Of a stretch of 64,000 nt of DNA, positions 1 to 14,600 are shown piece by piece. Positions within the stretch are counted from its first letter, which is position 1. Every line of letters begins with the position of its first letter. Made by a program: the position numbers and the translations under genes. This stretch comes from Callorhinchus milii. Lineage: Eukaryota. Where the stretch lies: NCBI RefSeq assembly GCF_018977255.1, contig NW_024704743.1, forward strand, positions 96,288,001-96,352,000, written 5' to 3'. The notes beneath the pieces are model-generated. The model did no database searches, had not been told where the DNA came from, and saw only the letters and a program-made list of their open reading frames with translations.

Positions 1-3000
1 CTGTCATGGGATCTTCAATGTCCATTGAATATCAGGCAGATAGAACTGTTCATAATATCTCATTGAAAGCATGACACATCTGACAATACAATGCTCCTCA
101 AGTACTATGAGCTCAAGTCCTAAAGTGAGGCCTGAACCCACAATGACTTGGGACTTAGCACAGTTAGAGTAGCTGAAGGATTTTTACTTTGAAAATATCA
201 ATTGTTCCCCCAGTGTCCTGGCCAACAATCCCACAGATAAAATTGGTCATTCATTTCATGGCTGTTTGTGGGACTTTGCTGTGTATAAACTGGCAACCAT
301 ATTTGCCTCCAAAATGCAGTCACTACACTTTACAGTAAATCCTGTTAAGGGCTTTGAGGCGTCTTCCTGATGTGAAATGCCCTGTGTCAAATCCAAGGAT
401 TTATTGCAAGATTATTTTCTGGGGAAAGCACTGGGGCTCTTCCTAAGCATGTAAGAGTGGCTGATCCGTACGTCTTAGTTTCACACCAGGCAGTGTTATT
501 TTCTGCTGAACATTAGCGGAACACTTTGTGATTTTTTTTAATGAAATGTGTAAGTTAAATGCTCTGAATGATGTGAAGGTCTGCTTTGAGTTGATCTTCA
601 GACTGCTCCTGAACTAACTGGTGAATCATCTGCCTGGATTTACATAAAACAGGAACATTTGCCCCTGTGGCATCAAATGTAAACTGACGCAGCAGATGAT
701 GAGGGCAGAGATTATCTGACACAGAATAATCTTGTGGCATTTCATAATGCATTTGATGATAAGTATCAGCCTAAATTCAAGATGAACTATGGAAAATGAC
801 TTACGTCGTGATCATTATTACCAAGCTCAGTAATCCTCATGTACTATACTTGTGTTGAGATTGGCCTTTTTCCCCCCATTTTACCAACCTCATGTTACCA
901 TCTTGGCACATTGTGATCTAGATAGGATTTTGCTGTTGGGATTCCCTTGGGGAATTATACTGTATTGAAGCCATGGGGGACAGCGGGGGTGGAGAGGATG
1001 GGAGAGGCTGATACGGGGAGAAAATCATCCCTATTCAGGTAATAATCACACTAGCTCACTGCCCAGGTAAAGATCAGTAGTGATAGCTTGATATTCTTGT
1101 TGGATGTAATTGGAATGAGAATGAGTCGCAGAGTTGGAGAGTGAGTGTGGTTCCTCTGATGCCTTTCGAGCCTGAGGTGAGACACCTAGACACACACACA
1201 CACTGCAGAAGAAAGTTACCAGAAAGTGGTCTTGAGTGACCGCCTCCTTAGTAACATTTAAATTATCTATTGACACGCTGCACATGTGCTCAGCTTTTTC
1301 TCCTCAGCCACAGTCGCAGCTCCTTATTCCTCTCCTGCTTGAAGTGAAGTTGCTTTGCCTGCAGCAGTATAAACAGGGCATTAATTGTCATGGTTGGTGG
1401 TAAAATCCCAACTCCAGTTTCAAACGTTTTCAACTCCCTTCCAGCGCTGCTGTGGTAAGAGCGGCTGAGCTGAGCCGACCGAGTCTGCAGATTGCCTCCA
1501 ACCTGCAGCCTGGCCTCATTCCCCAAGGCAGCCTGTGGGAGACAGCTGTGATGGATGTGATAGTCTCACTATCATATCTATCACTGCAGCTGACCTGGAG
1601 GGAGCCAGAGCCTGCTGGGCAGACATTGAGTGAGACCTGCTATTTAAAAAAGGGTCAGCTTTTTATTTAAAGGAGCCTTGTCTTCACAAAAAAGTAACAA
1701 CTTATCTATCAGCTTGCATTGTACTGTGTGTGACACTGTTTATATAAAGGAACTTCTCAAAGTGTTTAACCCTGGGAAGGAAAAATATTGAAAGAAGTAG
1801 GTCTTTAGATACTGTATTTGAAAGCAGGAGAGAGTAAAGGAACATGGTTTTTGAAGAGAGGACAAAGGAGTGGTGGCAAAAGTCTCTGCTTTGAGAGTGG
1901 AGCAGAGAAAGTGGAGCACCAAACCAATAAACATCAACAAAAACAACTTGCATTTATACAGCGCCCTTCATGCGGAGCACATGATCCAATATCAGGATCA
2001 GAAAATCAGACTCGGAGTGTGTGGGGCGGGATGTGGAGTTGAAGGGGATTGCACAGGTACTGGTAGTGAGGCTATGAAAAGATACAGAATAAGGATGAAG
2101 ATCTTGAAATTAGTCTGCGGTTGGACCAGAGAGCCAGTGAAGCCGAACAAGGGTGATGGTGATAAAAGGCAGGAATCAGGCCATGGAGCTTTGGTGGAGT
2201 TGAAGTACGTGAAGGGTAGAAACAGGGATAGCAATGGCAACGAGGGCAGGTTGGAGTTGAGCAATGAAAATGGTGTCATGGAGAGGCGCACCGTACTAAG
2301 GCGATAGAGCAGAATGGAACAATGCTGAAGGGAACTGAGAGGGCAAGGTGGCACAGCGAGCCATAAAACAGACACACGGGATGTTACCGGTTGATAAATT
2401 GTCATTTGCAGGCAATTCAGAGGTGCTGTGTTTATTATTCGTAGTAATGTGATGTAATTTACATTGTAACATTATGTGTCCAGAAATGACAATGTAAAAG
2501 TTTGACAGACTGCAGCTTTATGAACATGAGTATAAATTCCTCCTGGGTTTAGATTTACTCCCATTAACGCAGCATTTCAGAGGGTCCAGAATTTGATAAA
2601 TTCTTCAATTTTAGCCTTAATTTTGAAGATGATTTTCTACACGTTCTGTTAAAAACCTGCCAGGAAACTGACTTCAAAGTTCAGACTGAATTCAACCATT
2701 TGCCACATTCTGGATGTGCTGAAATACTACATTAATAGAGTAAATCTAGACCAGGTGGAATTTCACCTCAACGATACTTCCCTGTGGCGGCAGATCATGG
2801 TATCCTCACAGCTACTCCTTTTGAACACCGATAATAACTCAGATATAATCTGATTGCTTTAACTTTGCTTCAGTTTGTTTAATCCCACGAATCACTGACA
2901 GTGCACATATTCTGCATTGGCTCCAACTTACCTTGAAAAATCTTAAATACAGATGCCCGATGGAAAATCAGAGCTGACTCCCAATTTCCAGTTATGCTAT

Positions 3001-3344
3001 TAACCTCAATGTTAACGGACTGCCATGCTTGACAAGTTATCAGTTCAGTATTAAAACCTCCTGTCATAATAATTGCTTGCCACCTACTGCACTATTGCAC
3101 TAGGATTATGTATGAGAGTCAGTACTCAACAAAATGCACCCAAGAAAATAGCCCAATTTTCCACTTAGTATTTGGGTACTACCACTTTATGTGTGTGAGA
3201 CCTATTACGGACTATTGCAGCTTGAGAACTGCACGTGATGTTCTCTGTATATTATTAATAATAATCCTTGCATTTGATATAGTGCTTATCGCATTGTTGA
3301 GCTATCTCAAATGCAAATGCTAAAAGATTACTATTATTACAGAC

Positions 3345-4480
3345 TACAACAACAACAACAAGATTACATTTGTATAGAGCCTTTCATGTTGGGAGGACGT
3401 CCCAAGGCGCTGGACAGAGTACAGCATTTCAGACCTGAGCTGGGGTCAGGAGGGGAGAAGGGAGGAGAGGAGAAAGGGCGTTGGCCGATGACATGATCGA
3501 AGAGGAGGGTCTTGAGGAGGGACTTGAAGTAGGCTAAGGAGGGGTTGAGGCGGAGTGATTGGGGATGGAATTCCAGAGGTTGGGGGCAGAGTGGCTGAAG
3601 GCTCTCCCACAATGGTAGGTCAGGGGACGTGGAGCAGGCCGGAGCCGGCTGAGCGGAGGGAGTGGGTGGGTTGGTAGGGGGTTAGGAGGTCGCAGAGGTA
3701 GGGTGGAGTGAGGCCATGGAGGGCTTTGTAAGTGAGGACCAGGATCTTGAACTGGATCCTCTGAAGGATAGGGAGCCAATGGATTCGGGCGAGAATGGAG
3801 GAGATGGGGTCATGGAGTTTGGTGCTGGCGAGGACACGGGCTGCAGAGTTCTGGATTATCTGCAGCCTGTGGAGGGAGGAGTTGGGAAGGCCGACAAGCA
3901 GGACGTTTGCATAGTCGAGCCTGGAGGTGATGGAGGCATGAACAAGAGTTTCAGCGGCTTGAGGGGTGAGGTAGTGGCGGAGTCGGGTGATGTCACGGAG
4001 GTGAGGTAAGGCAGAACGGGTCATGGCTTGGATGTGGGGAAGAAAAGACAGTTGAGGGTCGAACAAGACATCTAGGTTCGTGACTGGCTTGGTGAGTTGA
4101 AGTGTGCAACCATGGAGGTTGATGCTGCCAGAGCCTGAGGTGCAGAGGTGCTGGCGTGAGCCTATCAGGAGGGCCTCAGTCTTGTTCACATTCAACTGTA
4201 GGAAATTTGCCCTCATCCAGGACTTAATGTCCAATAGGCAGTCTGTCAGGACAGCAGATGTCGTGGAGTTGAGGGTGGAGCAGAAAGATAGAGTTGGGTG
4301 TCATCCGCATACATGTGGAAGTTGACCCCATGTCTGCGGATGATGTCACCAAGGGGGAGCATGTGGATATTAAAGAGGAGAGGGCCAAGGACAGAGCCCT
4401 GGGGGACGCCAGATGTGACAGTGTGGGCGCTGGAGGAGAAACCGTTAGAGGCAACAAAGTGGAGACGGTGAGAGAGATAG
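3345..4480 (-). mobile_element. 5'-truncated LINE-2 (RT C-terminal part, 3' tail)
   Basis: Frameshifted ORFs: [39 protein letters not shown]; (TTG)n tail. Confidence 0.92.
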
Positions 4481-4937
4481 ATTAGTACAACCTCAGCACT
4501 GTACACAATAGTTTCTGTTCTTTGTAATGCATTATTATTTTGCCCACAAAATATACAGTCAATTCACTTTACAGTATATTCTGTGAAGTTCTTTGAGACG
4601 TCTCGAAGATGTGACTAGGCGCTATATCAAATGCAAGCATAATTATAGGATTGTTATTATTACTTGTTGACAAGCGCACTTGACTGCACGAGTGGTAAAT
4701 ATATAGAACAAGACTGCCTCAGGAAGCATATTGTATCAACAAATTCAAGAAGAAATAAGACAGCTATTTTCTTCAATTGAGGAATGTGAGAGACAAGAAC
4801 GGTATAAGATCTTTTCGTTGGTTTGTTTATTGATTTGCTCATTCGTTTGTTTGTCTTGAGGATTGGACAAATGGAGAACAGTGATCTTTTCCCAATGGGT
4901 ACATTACTATGTTAAGTTAGAAAATGCACACATCACT

Positions 4938-5120
4938 TGCCTCGAAATTCCAACCTGTTTAAGATTGAGCGGAATTGTGGCAAACTCTTAGATTCAGACT
5001 TAATTTAGAACCTGGTTCTTTTTAAAAATTTTGAAAACCAGCTTTCAAATAAAGTCTGAATTTAAGATTTTTTCATAGTTCTGCACCGTCTTAAATTTAA
5101 AATCAAAATAGTCTTTCAAG
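4938..5120. mobile_element. Palindromic MITE-like element
   Basis: ~58-nt imperfect inverted arms within 4959-5094; related copies at 2582-2716, 9054-9160, 9230-9420, 18325-18470, 26425-26900 (split), 27545-27791. Confidence 0.65.
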
Positions 5121-5471
5121 CTAAGTCCATGAGTATTTCAGGTCCATTAACAAACAAGTTGAGCCTAGAGATTTCAAAAGATACAGTATACTTTGATTCT
5201 TGATAATAAACAGAAACCTCTGTAATCTATTGATCAGTGTAACTAGTATTAAAACTTCATGGGGGCATTTTCAAGACAAAGTGGAGTTAACGTATTGTAT
5301 AGATTTTCACATTAATAAAAAAAACTGTAGATATTACAGTCTTCTCATGATTTAGACAGTTGGGGATGGTCTGTGGTAGTTATAAGTAACTAATGCCCCT
5401 GTGGTTTTGCTGGAGCTTTAATATGATTTTTCACAACAACACCTCTCTTATTTATGCTTCCTCTTTGACAG

Positions 5472-5676
5472 GTTCGTAGTTGTAGAAGCCATCTCGTTCC
5501 AGAAAAGACCTTTGTCATACTCCCTGCTGATCAATCCCAGTAGTCTGTTCAGTGTAAACCAGGACAATGGAGAGCTGAGCCTGACACACAGCATTGATTA
5601 TGAAACTGAGAACCACCTCTACCACCTGCTGGTCCGAGCGCTGGAAGCAGGCACAGGATTCAGCAGTGTCACCGAG
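5472..5676 (+). CDS. Cadherin exon (window exon 1), EC repeat
   Basis: tttgacag|G TTC...GAG|gtatgt; [18 protein letters not shown]...[17 protein letters not shown]. Confidence 0.9.
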
Positions 5677-8600
5677 GTATGTTGGAAGCAACAGCTGAGA
5701 GTTAAATAATTTATAGCATTGATATTCCTGGACCCGTTCCTCAGTTTCCTAGAGGCATCTTTTAGGTACAAGGTGCATAGTAAAATATGTATTTCAGCCT
5801 GTGTTCACAGGACAGGACGGCAGACTGTATCCTCAGCTATTTCTGGATTTGTAGTAGAATTGCTAATAATTTCAGCTTTTTTTTCTTCAACAACAACAAA
5901 TTGTACTTATATAGTCCCTTTCACATAGGATGACATCTCAATGTACTTTATAGAGATGGAGTGAGAGCCTGAGCTGGGTGGGAGAAAAGGGGATAGGTGC
6001 AAAATGCAGTCAAGCAGATAGGTTTTTGGATGGCTTTTGAAAGCAGCAAGAGTGGACTCCAAGAGAGAGTGAGTGAGTTTTTGAAAGAGAGACAGTGATC
6101 TCTTATCACCAACACTCTGCTGTTTGTTGTTTTTAAAATACATTTTTTGGATTGAGAAATGCATTTGAGAAGAGCCAAGGCCCTCTGTTTGGTACACCAC
6201 CTGAAAAGTGTAGGAAAGAGACTGAGATCAAACAGGTGGTGGTTTTGTGATGCCAAGTGTGCAGTTCAAATGCCCCCAGATTGCATGAGGAAGGGACACT
6301 ATTAATTCCAATTAAGGAATACCTCTCCACAGCAATCTGTGCCACCCATTATAACTCATTCAAAAGGGTGGACATGCTGATTGCTCCTCCAATGCATCTT
6401 TGAGAAACAAGGCCATTTGTGACTCTCCCTGAACAGGTCAACAAAGTTGTGCAGCTCAGTATGTGGGGAGGGGAGGAGGGTTATAGCTTTAAACACAGAT
6501 CCTGCCTCCTCCCAACACCATGTCCTCCAATATGGTGTCTTAAAATCAATGGAGTAACCAACGTAGCACCAATCTTTTCCATGTTATTAAACACCCCGCA
6601 TCCGCCTTGTGGCTCATTATAATATTTGAAAACTAACTTACTTACATGCACATATATGGAGGTAAAATTGTCTGGAAGCATGAAAATTCTCTGTAAAATT
6701 ATCTGGAAGCATGAAATGCTCTCTTGCTGTACAGCTGCAGTGTAAACTAAGCATTACAGTAATACTGGAGTCACATTTAGGATTTAATAACCTTTGCTTT
6801 TGACCTGTTAAAAACACTTCACAAATATTTGCTATCAAGAGTGCTGACTCAGTATTTCCAGGCAAATTGGGCAGTTGATTGGAGTAAAGCAGGTCCCCCA
6901 AACAGGGAGAAAGTCTCTTCACGTCTTGAATGTGTGTGTGTGTCTGTCTCTTTGTATTTGCGCATGGCTCACTCTGTGTATCTGTGTGTGTGTGTGGCTC
7001 TCTCTCACACTCACACTCTATCTCTCTTGACTCTCTCAAGCTGACTATCTTTCTCTGTGTCTCTCTATGCTAGCATAGGTGAAGATGCAGAAACTCTCAG
7101 AGCAACAGATCTCTTGGGTGGGGGTGGGGGAGCTGTAAGTAGCCTCGTGGATAAAAATAACACAGCGCTTATTAAGTTAAATATTGTACTTTTACAAACT
7201 TTCAACAGTCAATAAAGAAACCCACAATTTACACAGATGCAAACAGCAACCATTCCCAGGCAATAACTGCCTGAAAACGAGCAGACTGCAGTCAGGGGAT
7301 ATAGAGCATCCAAGCAGCAACACATGGGGACTCTGCTCGGAGATTGGAAGCGTAATCAGCCTAGAGCTGAGCTCACCCTACTCTCAAGCTGTTCTAATGC
7401 TGATTAATAGACTCTCACTTTCTTTCAATATTGATGCCATCTGTGGAAAACGCGCACATGAAAAGTGTTGGTAATCCTGCGGTAAAACCATTCCAGCACT
7501 TGATGCATAGACTAAGTGGATTCCTCAGACTTTCTGAGCTGCTTTTAATGAAGTCATTTGTCATTCAGGCTGAAGAATGTCTTTGTTCATCTTTTATTTG
7601 GGTTGAAATTCTAAAAGTTGCTTTTCTTTTGTCTACGCGAGATGAAATAAATCAGTGGATTAAAAAGTGAAGATCATGCTCATTTTATCAGATTCTGCAA
7701 ATTGTATTTACATATTTTAAAGTTAAAGAGTAGGATTTTCATTACCCTGAATATTGTGACCTGTTTTATTTAATTTATTTCATGTTATTATTTATCTGTT
7801 TTAAATAAGATGGTTCTTACAGATATTACTAGAAGAGAATTTTTGCTGCGCTTATAGAGATGTCCCACACTGCAGTTGAACTGTATTATTAAATAAATAA
7901 TGGTGCTTGGGTTTAATAATGTTTTATCTTGTCGAAATTCATCAAAGTTTTTCATAGGTAATGTTTATGTCAAGTACGTGTTTGTAGGTAAATACAGCAG
8001 CCATTTTGCACCAGCAAAGCCCCACAAACAGCCAGAACTGAACGATGAATTAAGTATTTTTGGCCAGGATCTGGGAGAAACTCGGTGAAAAAGTGAAACA
8101 CTAAACTGAGGTCCCGCCTTGCTTATTCAGAAAGATGTCAAAGATCCCATGAAACTATTTGAAAAGAGAAAGGAGTTTTCTCCTGGTGACCTGGCCAACA
8201 ATCCTCTATATTAATCGGTCCTTTCACCACATTGATCATGGAATCCTACAAATGCAAATGGCTACCACATTTGCCAAGAAAAAAAGCAGTCACTACGCTT
8301 GACAGCAAGTAACTGTGAAGTATTTGAGACATAGTAACATGATGAGATGCTATAAAAATGCATGTTTTTCCTTATCCAGCAAGGCCCCTTCCCTCCCACC
8401 CAAACATGGCTTGAGAATCTAAGTGAGATTGGACATTGCTCCTTTAGTCATCACTTTCTCTTGGCAGTGCTGGTCTGTGATGGACAAATTGGAAACAGTG
8501 CTACTTCTAAAACAAATTGCTCTCTTTTACAGTTAACAAAATTGCATGCATTATTAATTTCCGCCACCTCACTTTGCCTCTGAGGAGTTCTGTGTTTTAC

Positions 8601-11600
8601 TGTCTGCCCATTATCTTGCAGGTAGTAATTCACATTAATGATGAAAATGACTGCATGCCAGAGTTCCTCCACTCCATCTACAGTCGTGACAACATTCCTG
8701 AAACTATTCCCGTGGGCACGTCCTTATTGCAAGGTTGTACATCTCTTTATTTTTAATTATGTAACTATCTATACATACTGTGCCTCCTGCCCACTATCCG
8801 GGCTTTTAGTAAATGCGATTAACCTTGAATGTATTCTATATATCTGTGCTACTGTGAACCATTCCCATGATCTTCAGCTAAAGAAAACTCATACAGGAAG
8901 ATTTTCCACCTGGGCCTAGAGTTACTCTACTTTCTTAGCAAACATTTCACCTACACAAAGTCGCTACACCTTACAGTATATCCTATAAAATATATTGAGA
9001 TGTCCTTCCCATGTGAAAGGCACTGTAACAAATGTAAGCATTATTATATCAAAGAGCCCAGAATTTGACAAATTGTTGGGTTCAGTCTCAAATTTGAAGC
9101 CGTTTTTTTGTATTTCTTAAAATAACTTAAGAACTTTAAGATTTGCCAGATTCTGGACATTTCAGTATAAGGGAAATTACCTACTGGGGAAATTTCTACC
9201 CCAAAAAGCAAGCTGTAAAATGTGGCAATGACCCTGAGCCTTAAAATTTAACAGAATTTTAAGCAATTCTTAAAATTCATCCTTCATCCTGGAATGTTTT
9301 TTTTTAGCATTTGTGGAAATTCAGCTTCCAGGTGAAGATTAAATTTGAGACATTTCCACAATTCTGCGCAACCTTAAATGTTAACATTTCAAATGTTTAA
9401 GAAATTCCAAGGCAGAGAGACCTTGAATAATTGTAGGCCTCAGATTATATGACTGTGAGGAGTGTTACTCGTGATGTTGTAATCCATTTATATCCTCCCC
9501 CCAAGCACAATGCAACACTGTTAGGGTCAATCATACTGAGGAAATAATTCCTATTTTGCTTGTTAAATCTCATAAGTTAAAGTGTAAAATGGTCGGGGTA
9601 TCTTATACTGTGGTAAACCATAGAATCATACAATCCTATAGCACAGAATGCGGTCATTCAGCCCATCTTGCCTGTGCCGGGTCTTTGAAAGAGCTTTCCA
9701 ATTAATCAGAATCCCCTGCTCTCTCCCCATAGCCTTGCAGATGTTTTCATTTCAGTGTCATGTTTCAATGTCAAATAATGTCAGCCTGGAAGTGCCTGAG
9801 TCAAGAATTCAATCAAACCAATTGAAAATGCACTTGGAAGAACTATGAAAAAAATGTCTGGTTTGAAACTCGCCAGCGACTGGACAAGTATTTATTTTAA
9901 ATTGATATGCTAAAAGATTTTCTAGTGTTAAGTCAAAAAAATTTAATCTAGTACTTCAGTGGGCAAACGGCTGCCAGGCAAGATTGGACGTGAACCATTA
10001 GTGCAGCCTGCAAAGTGTGCATACCTGGGATGTGTTTAAAATATTATGGTAAAGAGTGAATGCAGTTTTAATAGGAACTGAGTGAAGCCTGAAGCACGCA
10101 GAGCTTTCATTCGCGAGGCTGCTGGTAGAATGAGGCTGCTCTTAATATGCTGTCTGTGCTCTTCACTGAATTCCTAGGCTGCAGTCTACTCATGCTCTGT
10201 GTTGTGTTTTCTGTGTTGACACTTCTGTGAGGCTGAAAGTTATTTGTTTATAAGATTAAAGCTTTCGTATCCATCAACAAAGAGGAACGCTTTAGCTCTT
10301 TATTGCTGCCACCTCATCAGAGGCAGAGTGAAGTTAGCTCTCTTAATAGGGCGAGAATGTTGGCACTGCTCCTAATGACAGGGCTTTCTCCTTTGATTAT
10401 TTTCAAGTCACTTTTGATCTAGAAATGTCAACATTGACTCATTTAGTTGCGCTTGACTCATTTATATACAAATTAGATTTGAACTTTTATAAAGTGAGGA
10501 TGCTGGTAAAGTACGTTTAATTAAAACCTCCTTTCTACCTGAAAGGAATATTTAATGAAAGATTATTCATGTCATGACAGAAATATGAGATTGTTCAAAT
10601 TAAACCACCTCTGCAGGAGAGGAGCAGCGAGGGGATTTGACATGGTTAGACACACTGACTAACTTTGTTTAATGAGCTGATCGTCTATATTTGATAAAGT
10701 GCTTCCTTGTAACTTGAAGCTTCCAAGTACCTTGTCAGCGTTCCTCAAAGCACACCAAGCCAGACTTGTATTTGGTGGCAAATCCAGGCTGGATGGATGA
10801 TTAGTGGAAACAAATCCACAACTCAGTTAACTTCACTTCATTCTGCGAAAAATAAATAACTTGTGCTTTTTATCACGTGGAAACATCTCACAAGTGATTA
10901 CTGTTTTTCTGTAAGTGAAGCCCATTGAGCTACCCTCAGTATAACACCCGCAGCTGGCATTAAACCCCAGAAATTGACCAGGCTACAAGGCCACAACCCG
11001 ATTGAAAACTGACCAAACTGCAGGACTTCAGACACCCACCAGCCCAGTACATTCAGGCCAGTAACTAGTTCCTAACTTTTAATGGCTGATAGATTTTCAA
11101 AATACCACTCACAATCCTTTGGTGAGAGTTACCAACTGTTTTCCATAAAAACATAGGAGGGGTTTCAGCATTCTCTATGCTTACAATTGCCCAGACTAGA
11201 TTAATCTGATACACTGACAATGAACCATCTTCTACTTCCACATTTTAACCCGTTGTAAGCACAACACTATATTGGATATGAAACGCTTTCCACATTTGTG
11301 AGCAGCACCCACCAACCCTCCCCTCATCTTGCAGTGCCTTGGATCAATTCAGGTCCCCTCTCCTCACATGGGAAGTGTTCAAAACTGTGTAAATATATGT
11401 GTACACAAGTCCACAATACTGTGCACCGTAGAGACCTACAGAACACAAGGAGGTAATTTGGCTCATTGCCCCTGTGCTGCCTCTCTGAAAGATCTATCCA
11501 TTGAGTCCCATTCTCCTGCCTTCTCTGCACATCCTCTCCTTTTCAGACATTTATCTAATTTCTTGTTAAAATTTAATATGAATTCTGCTTCCACTACAGT

Positions 11601-14600
11601 TATGGTAATTTCCACGAACACACAAAACCCTGTGACATTATTATTAATTTTCCACGCTCTGGGGAAAACAGCCTCAATTTCTCCAATCTCTTCTCTCTGG
11701 AGAATGTTATTTTCTTTTCATTTCAAAAATGATATTTAAAGCCAATTTATTTTGTTTGGTTCCTGTGATGAGCTGACGTGTTCCTCTTACTGGCTGTTTC
11801 TTCTCGAGCAGTGCTGGCACGGGACTGTGACACGGGCCCCAACGCAGACATCTCCTACTTCGTCCAGACCACTGAGTTCGCTGTTACCCCTCAAGGGCTG
11901 ATCAGCCCAAATCATCAGCTGAACTACGAGCGACCCAATCACATGTACGAGTTTGTGGTTGTGGCTGTGGACAAAGGGCATCCCCCTCGGACTGGAACAG
12001 CATCGGTGCGGATCAGGATGACTAACGTCAATGATGAGGCCCCAGTGTTTTCACAGAACATGTATGTGAGCCATTCTCAATGCAGTTAAACACTACTTGT
12101 TTCCTTAATGGGGGAGAAAGCCTTGGAGGGAGTCTTCATCAATAACAATAGCAAATTGCGTTCATACAGAGCCTTTCAGGTCGGGAGGATGTCCCAAGTA
12201 ACGTCTCAAATACAAAATATTCCCACAGAGCTTTGTTCAGTGAATAATTTGCTGAGCAAGATTAGAGATTTTTTTTGCTAAAGATATTTGGCACCCAGGT
12301 CAGATATAGTGCAGTTAGATGCAGCCGAAATCTCCTTCACTGCTCCACTTGTGTAAGATACCTACTGTAGCGGTCTGGAGTGGTGTCAATCACTGTGGAA
12401 TGTGATGCTTCAGACTGCGGCCTGATCCAAGGGAGAAGGAAGAATAACTGGCAGAGATTCTGTGCTGTATGACCTCCTTTGATGCTGTATAATTCTATGA
12501 TACTATTTATTTGGGGAGGACAAGTTTGCAGGGCTATGGGGAGAGAGCGGGGGAGTGGGATTGATTTGGATAGTTTTTTTCAAAGAGCCGACACAGACAC
12601 AATGGGCCGAATAGCCTCCTTCTGTGCTGTATAATTTTATGATTCTATTTATATGATTCTTTGAGTTGTTTCTCAAACAAGCAAGATCTTTAAATATGTT
12701 GAACTTCGGCGAATCATTCTGATTATCTCAAACTTCAAAATATAAATCTACAATTCTCTCTTCTCCCTTAACCCCAATGCATAAACAATATCAACTGAGT
12801 GGTGTTGTACAAGTTGAAATAGATCCTGGGAGGAACAGTGCTAAGAATCTATTAATGATATGGGTGGGTGGGGGCAGGGCTTTGGGAAGAGCAACAGACA
12901 TTTGAGTTTTCAGTTGAAGAAACGGTATTCAATAAATGATTCTTTGATCAACGATAAATCTACCAAATCAGGGAGGCAATATTGGAGATTTCAAACATTT
13001 TGTTGAGCTTTCAAATGCTTGTCCGAATCTCTATTACAAAAGTAGAACTTCACTATCATGTTACAGTGAAGTCTCAAGTCAACTGGCTCTCTTTGTCTTA
13101 CACAAAATCTGTTACAAAAGCACTTTTACTGCTCATATTAAAAGAAATTGCTGCTATCATCTGCCAGACTAGAAAAGGCTCTGCATCTGTTTTGATTTGC
13201 AACAATAGCTGGCAATTATCTGGAAGCATAGAACTCATTTTCAGTTTCCACTTTTGTTGATGTCTTTTCATGCTGGGTGACACTATTTGCCTTATTGTAA
13301 TCATTGTAATTCAGAAATATAACACACGAAAAAATACAATCAAAAAGAGACAGTGTTCTAATATTTTTATTAAGAAGAAGAAAGAAGATATAATTAAACT
13401 ATCCAATGTTTTGACAAGATCAAAATTTATCATTAAGGCTTCAAGATTAAACATTAAATATGCTGAGTTGATTAACATTTTTAAAAAAAAAATCTATTTA
13501 AGGAGGGGGATTGAAATCTATGGAGATATTTATAAGGAGATTCTGTAATATAGTCAATGGCCACGGACTGTGTCATGTCGGCAAGGTTAAAAGTGACGAT
13601 GTGTAAGATGCTGGGTATTGAGTCAATCACTCATTGATCTGTGTGTTTAGAATTGGATTTCCTATTCTGATCATAAAACTAAACATGTAACAAAATTGTT
13701 ACTAGTTTTAGTGATTGACACAATACAGATTCCTGATTTTTTAAAAAAAGTTTTAGTGAGAGAGTAGAGGGAGATTTCCAGTTGTATTTCAAATGAGCCT
13801 GAAATATTCCTGGGTTTTGGGTAACTTCTACCAATATCATATTCAGAGATGAATGAGATTGGAACTTTATAAACCCAAACCATTCTTTGAAATCCCAAAG
13901 AAAAATATTGGGGCATATTATATTTCATAAAGCAAGCAATGTCTACATCAGCATTATAAAATGTCACAAATTTCACCTCATAGTGAATGAAACCATGTTA
14001 ATGGTTATCTCTTTTGCTGTCAATCTTAAATGTAGACCAAGCATATTGGCAAGAAAATTAAATTAAATTATCTATTAAATAATAAGAAGAATTAAAATGT
14101 CAAACAGAATGGATATTGTCCATAGCTCCATTGCTTTAAGTGACATCCTATTTAACAAGCCTTTCTTGTCATTTATACCCAGCTACAAGACTTTTCTCTC
14201 GGAAGATGCAGGACCCAACAGTTTGGTTGCTACGGTTCATGCAAAGGATCCTGATGGTGATGGGGTGACTTACACGATCACTGGAGGGAATGAAGAGGGA
14301 AATTTCGAACTGGACAGTCAGAAAGGTAATACTATTGTAAACATACGTGTATCACATGTGATGACTAACATAAGAGAATAATAGCTGCCCTATCTAATAG
14401 TTACAAGTACCAGTACAACTAGGCAGGATCAATATTGGGTTTATTCTGTTAAATGCTGCTATATTTCCCGATGTGCTGGTTTTGAAGCGCCTTGTTGACA
14501 ATGTAGAGATTTTCACACAGAGGCTTCATTCCTCATTGGGACCAGCATTGCTTCTCTCGAGGGATTGGTCTTACTCCACCGTCACATTCTCACAATTGTC

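Noticed and set aside
1..5471. Upstream cadherin exon or start codon
   Set aside because: No cadherin-like reading frame with suitable splice sites found; the ORFs here are repeat-derived or featureless.
6662..6722. 31-bp tandem duplication (gtaaaatt.tctggaagcatgaaa)
   Set aside because: Only two copies; an ordinary local slippage event.
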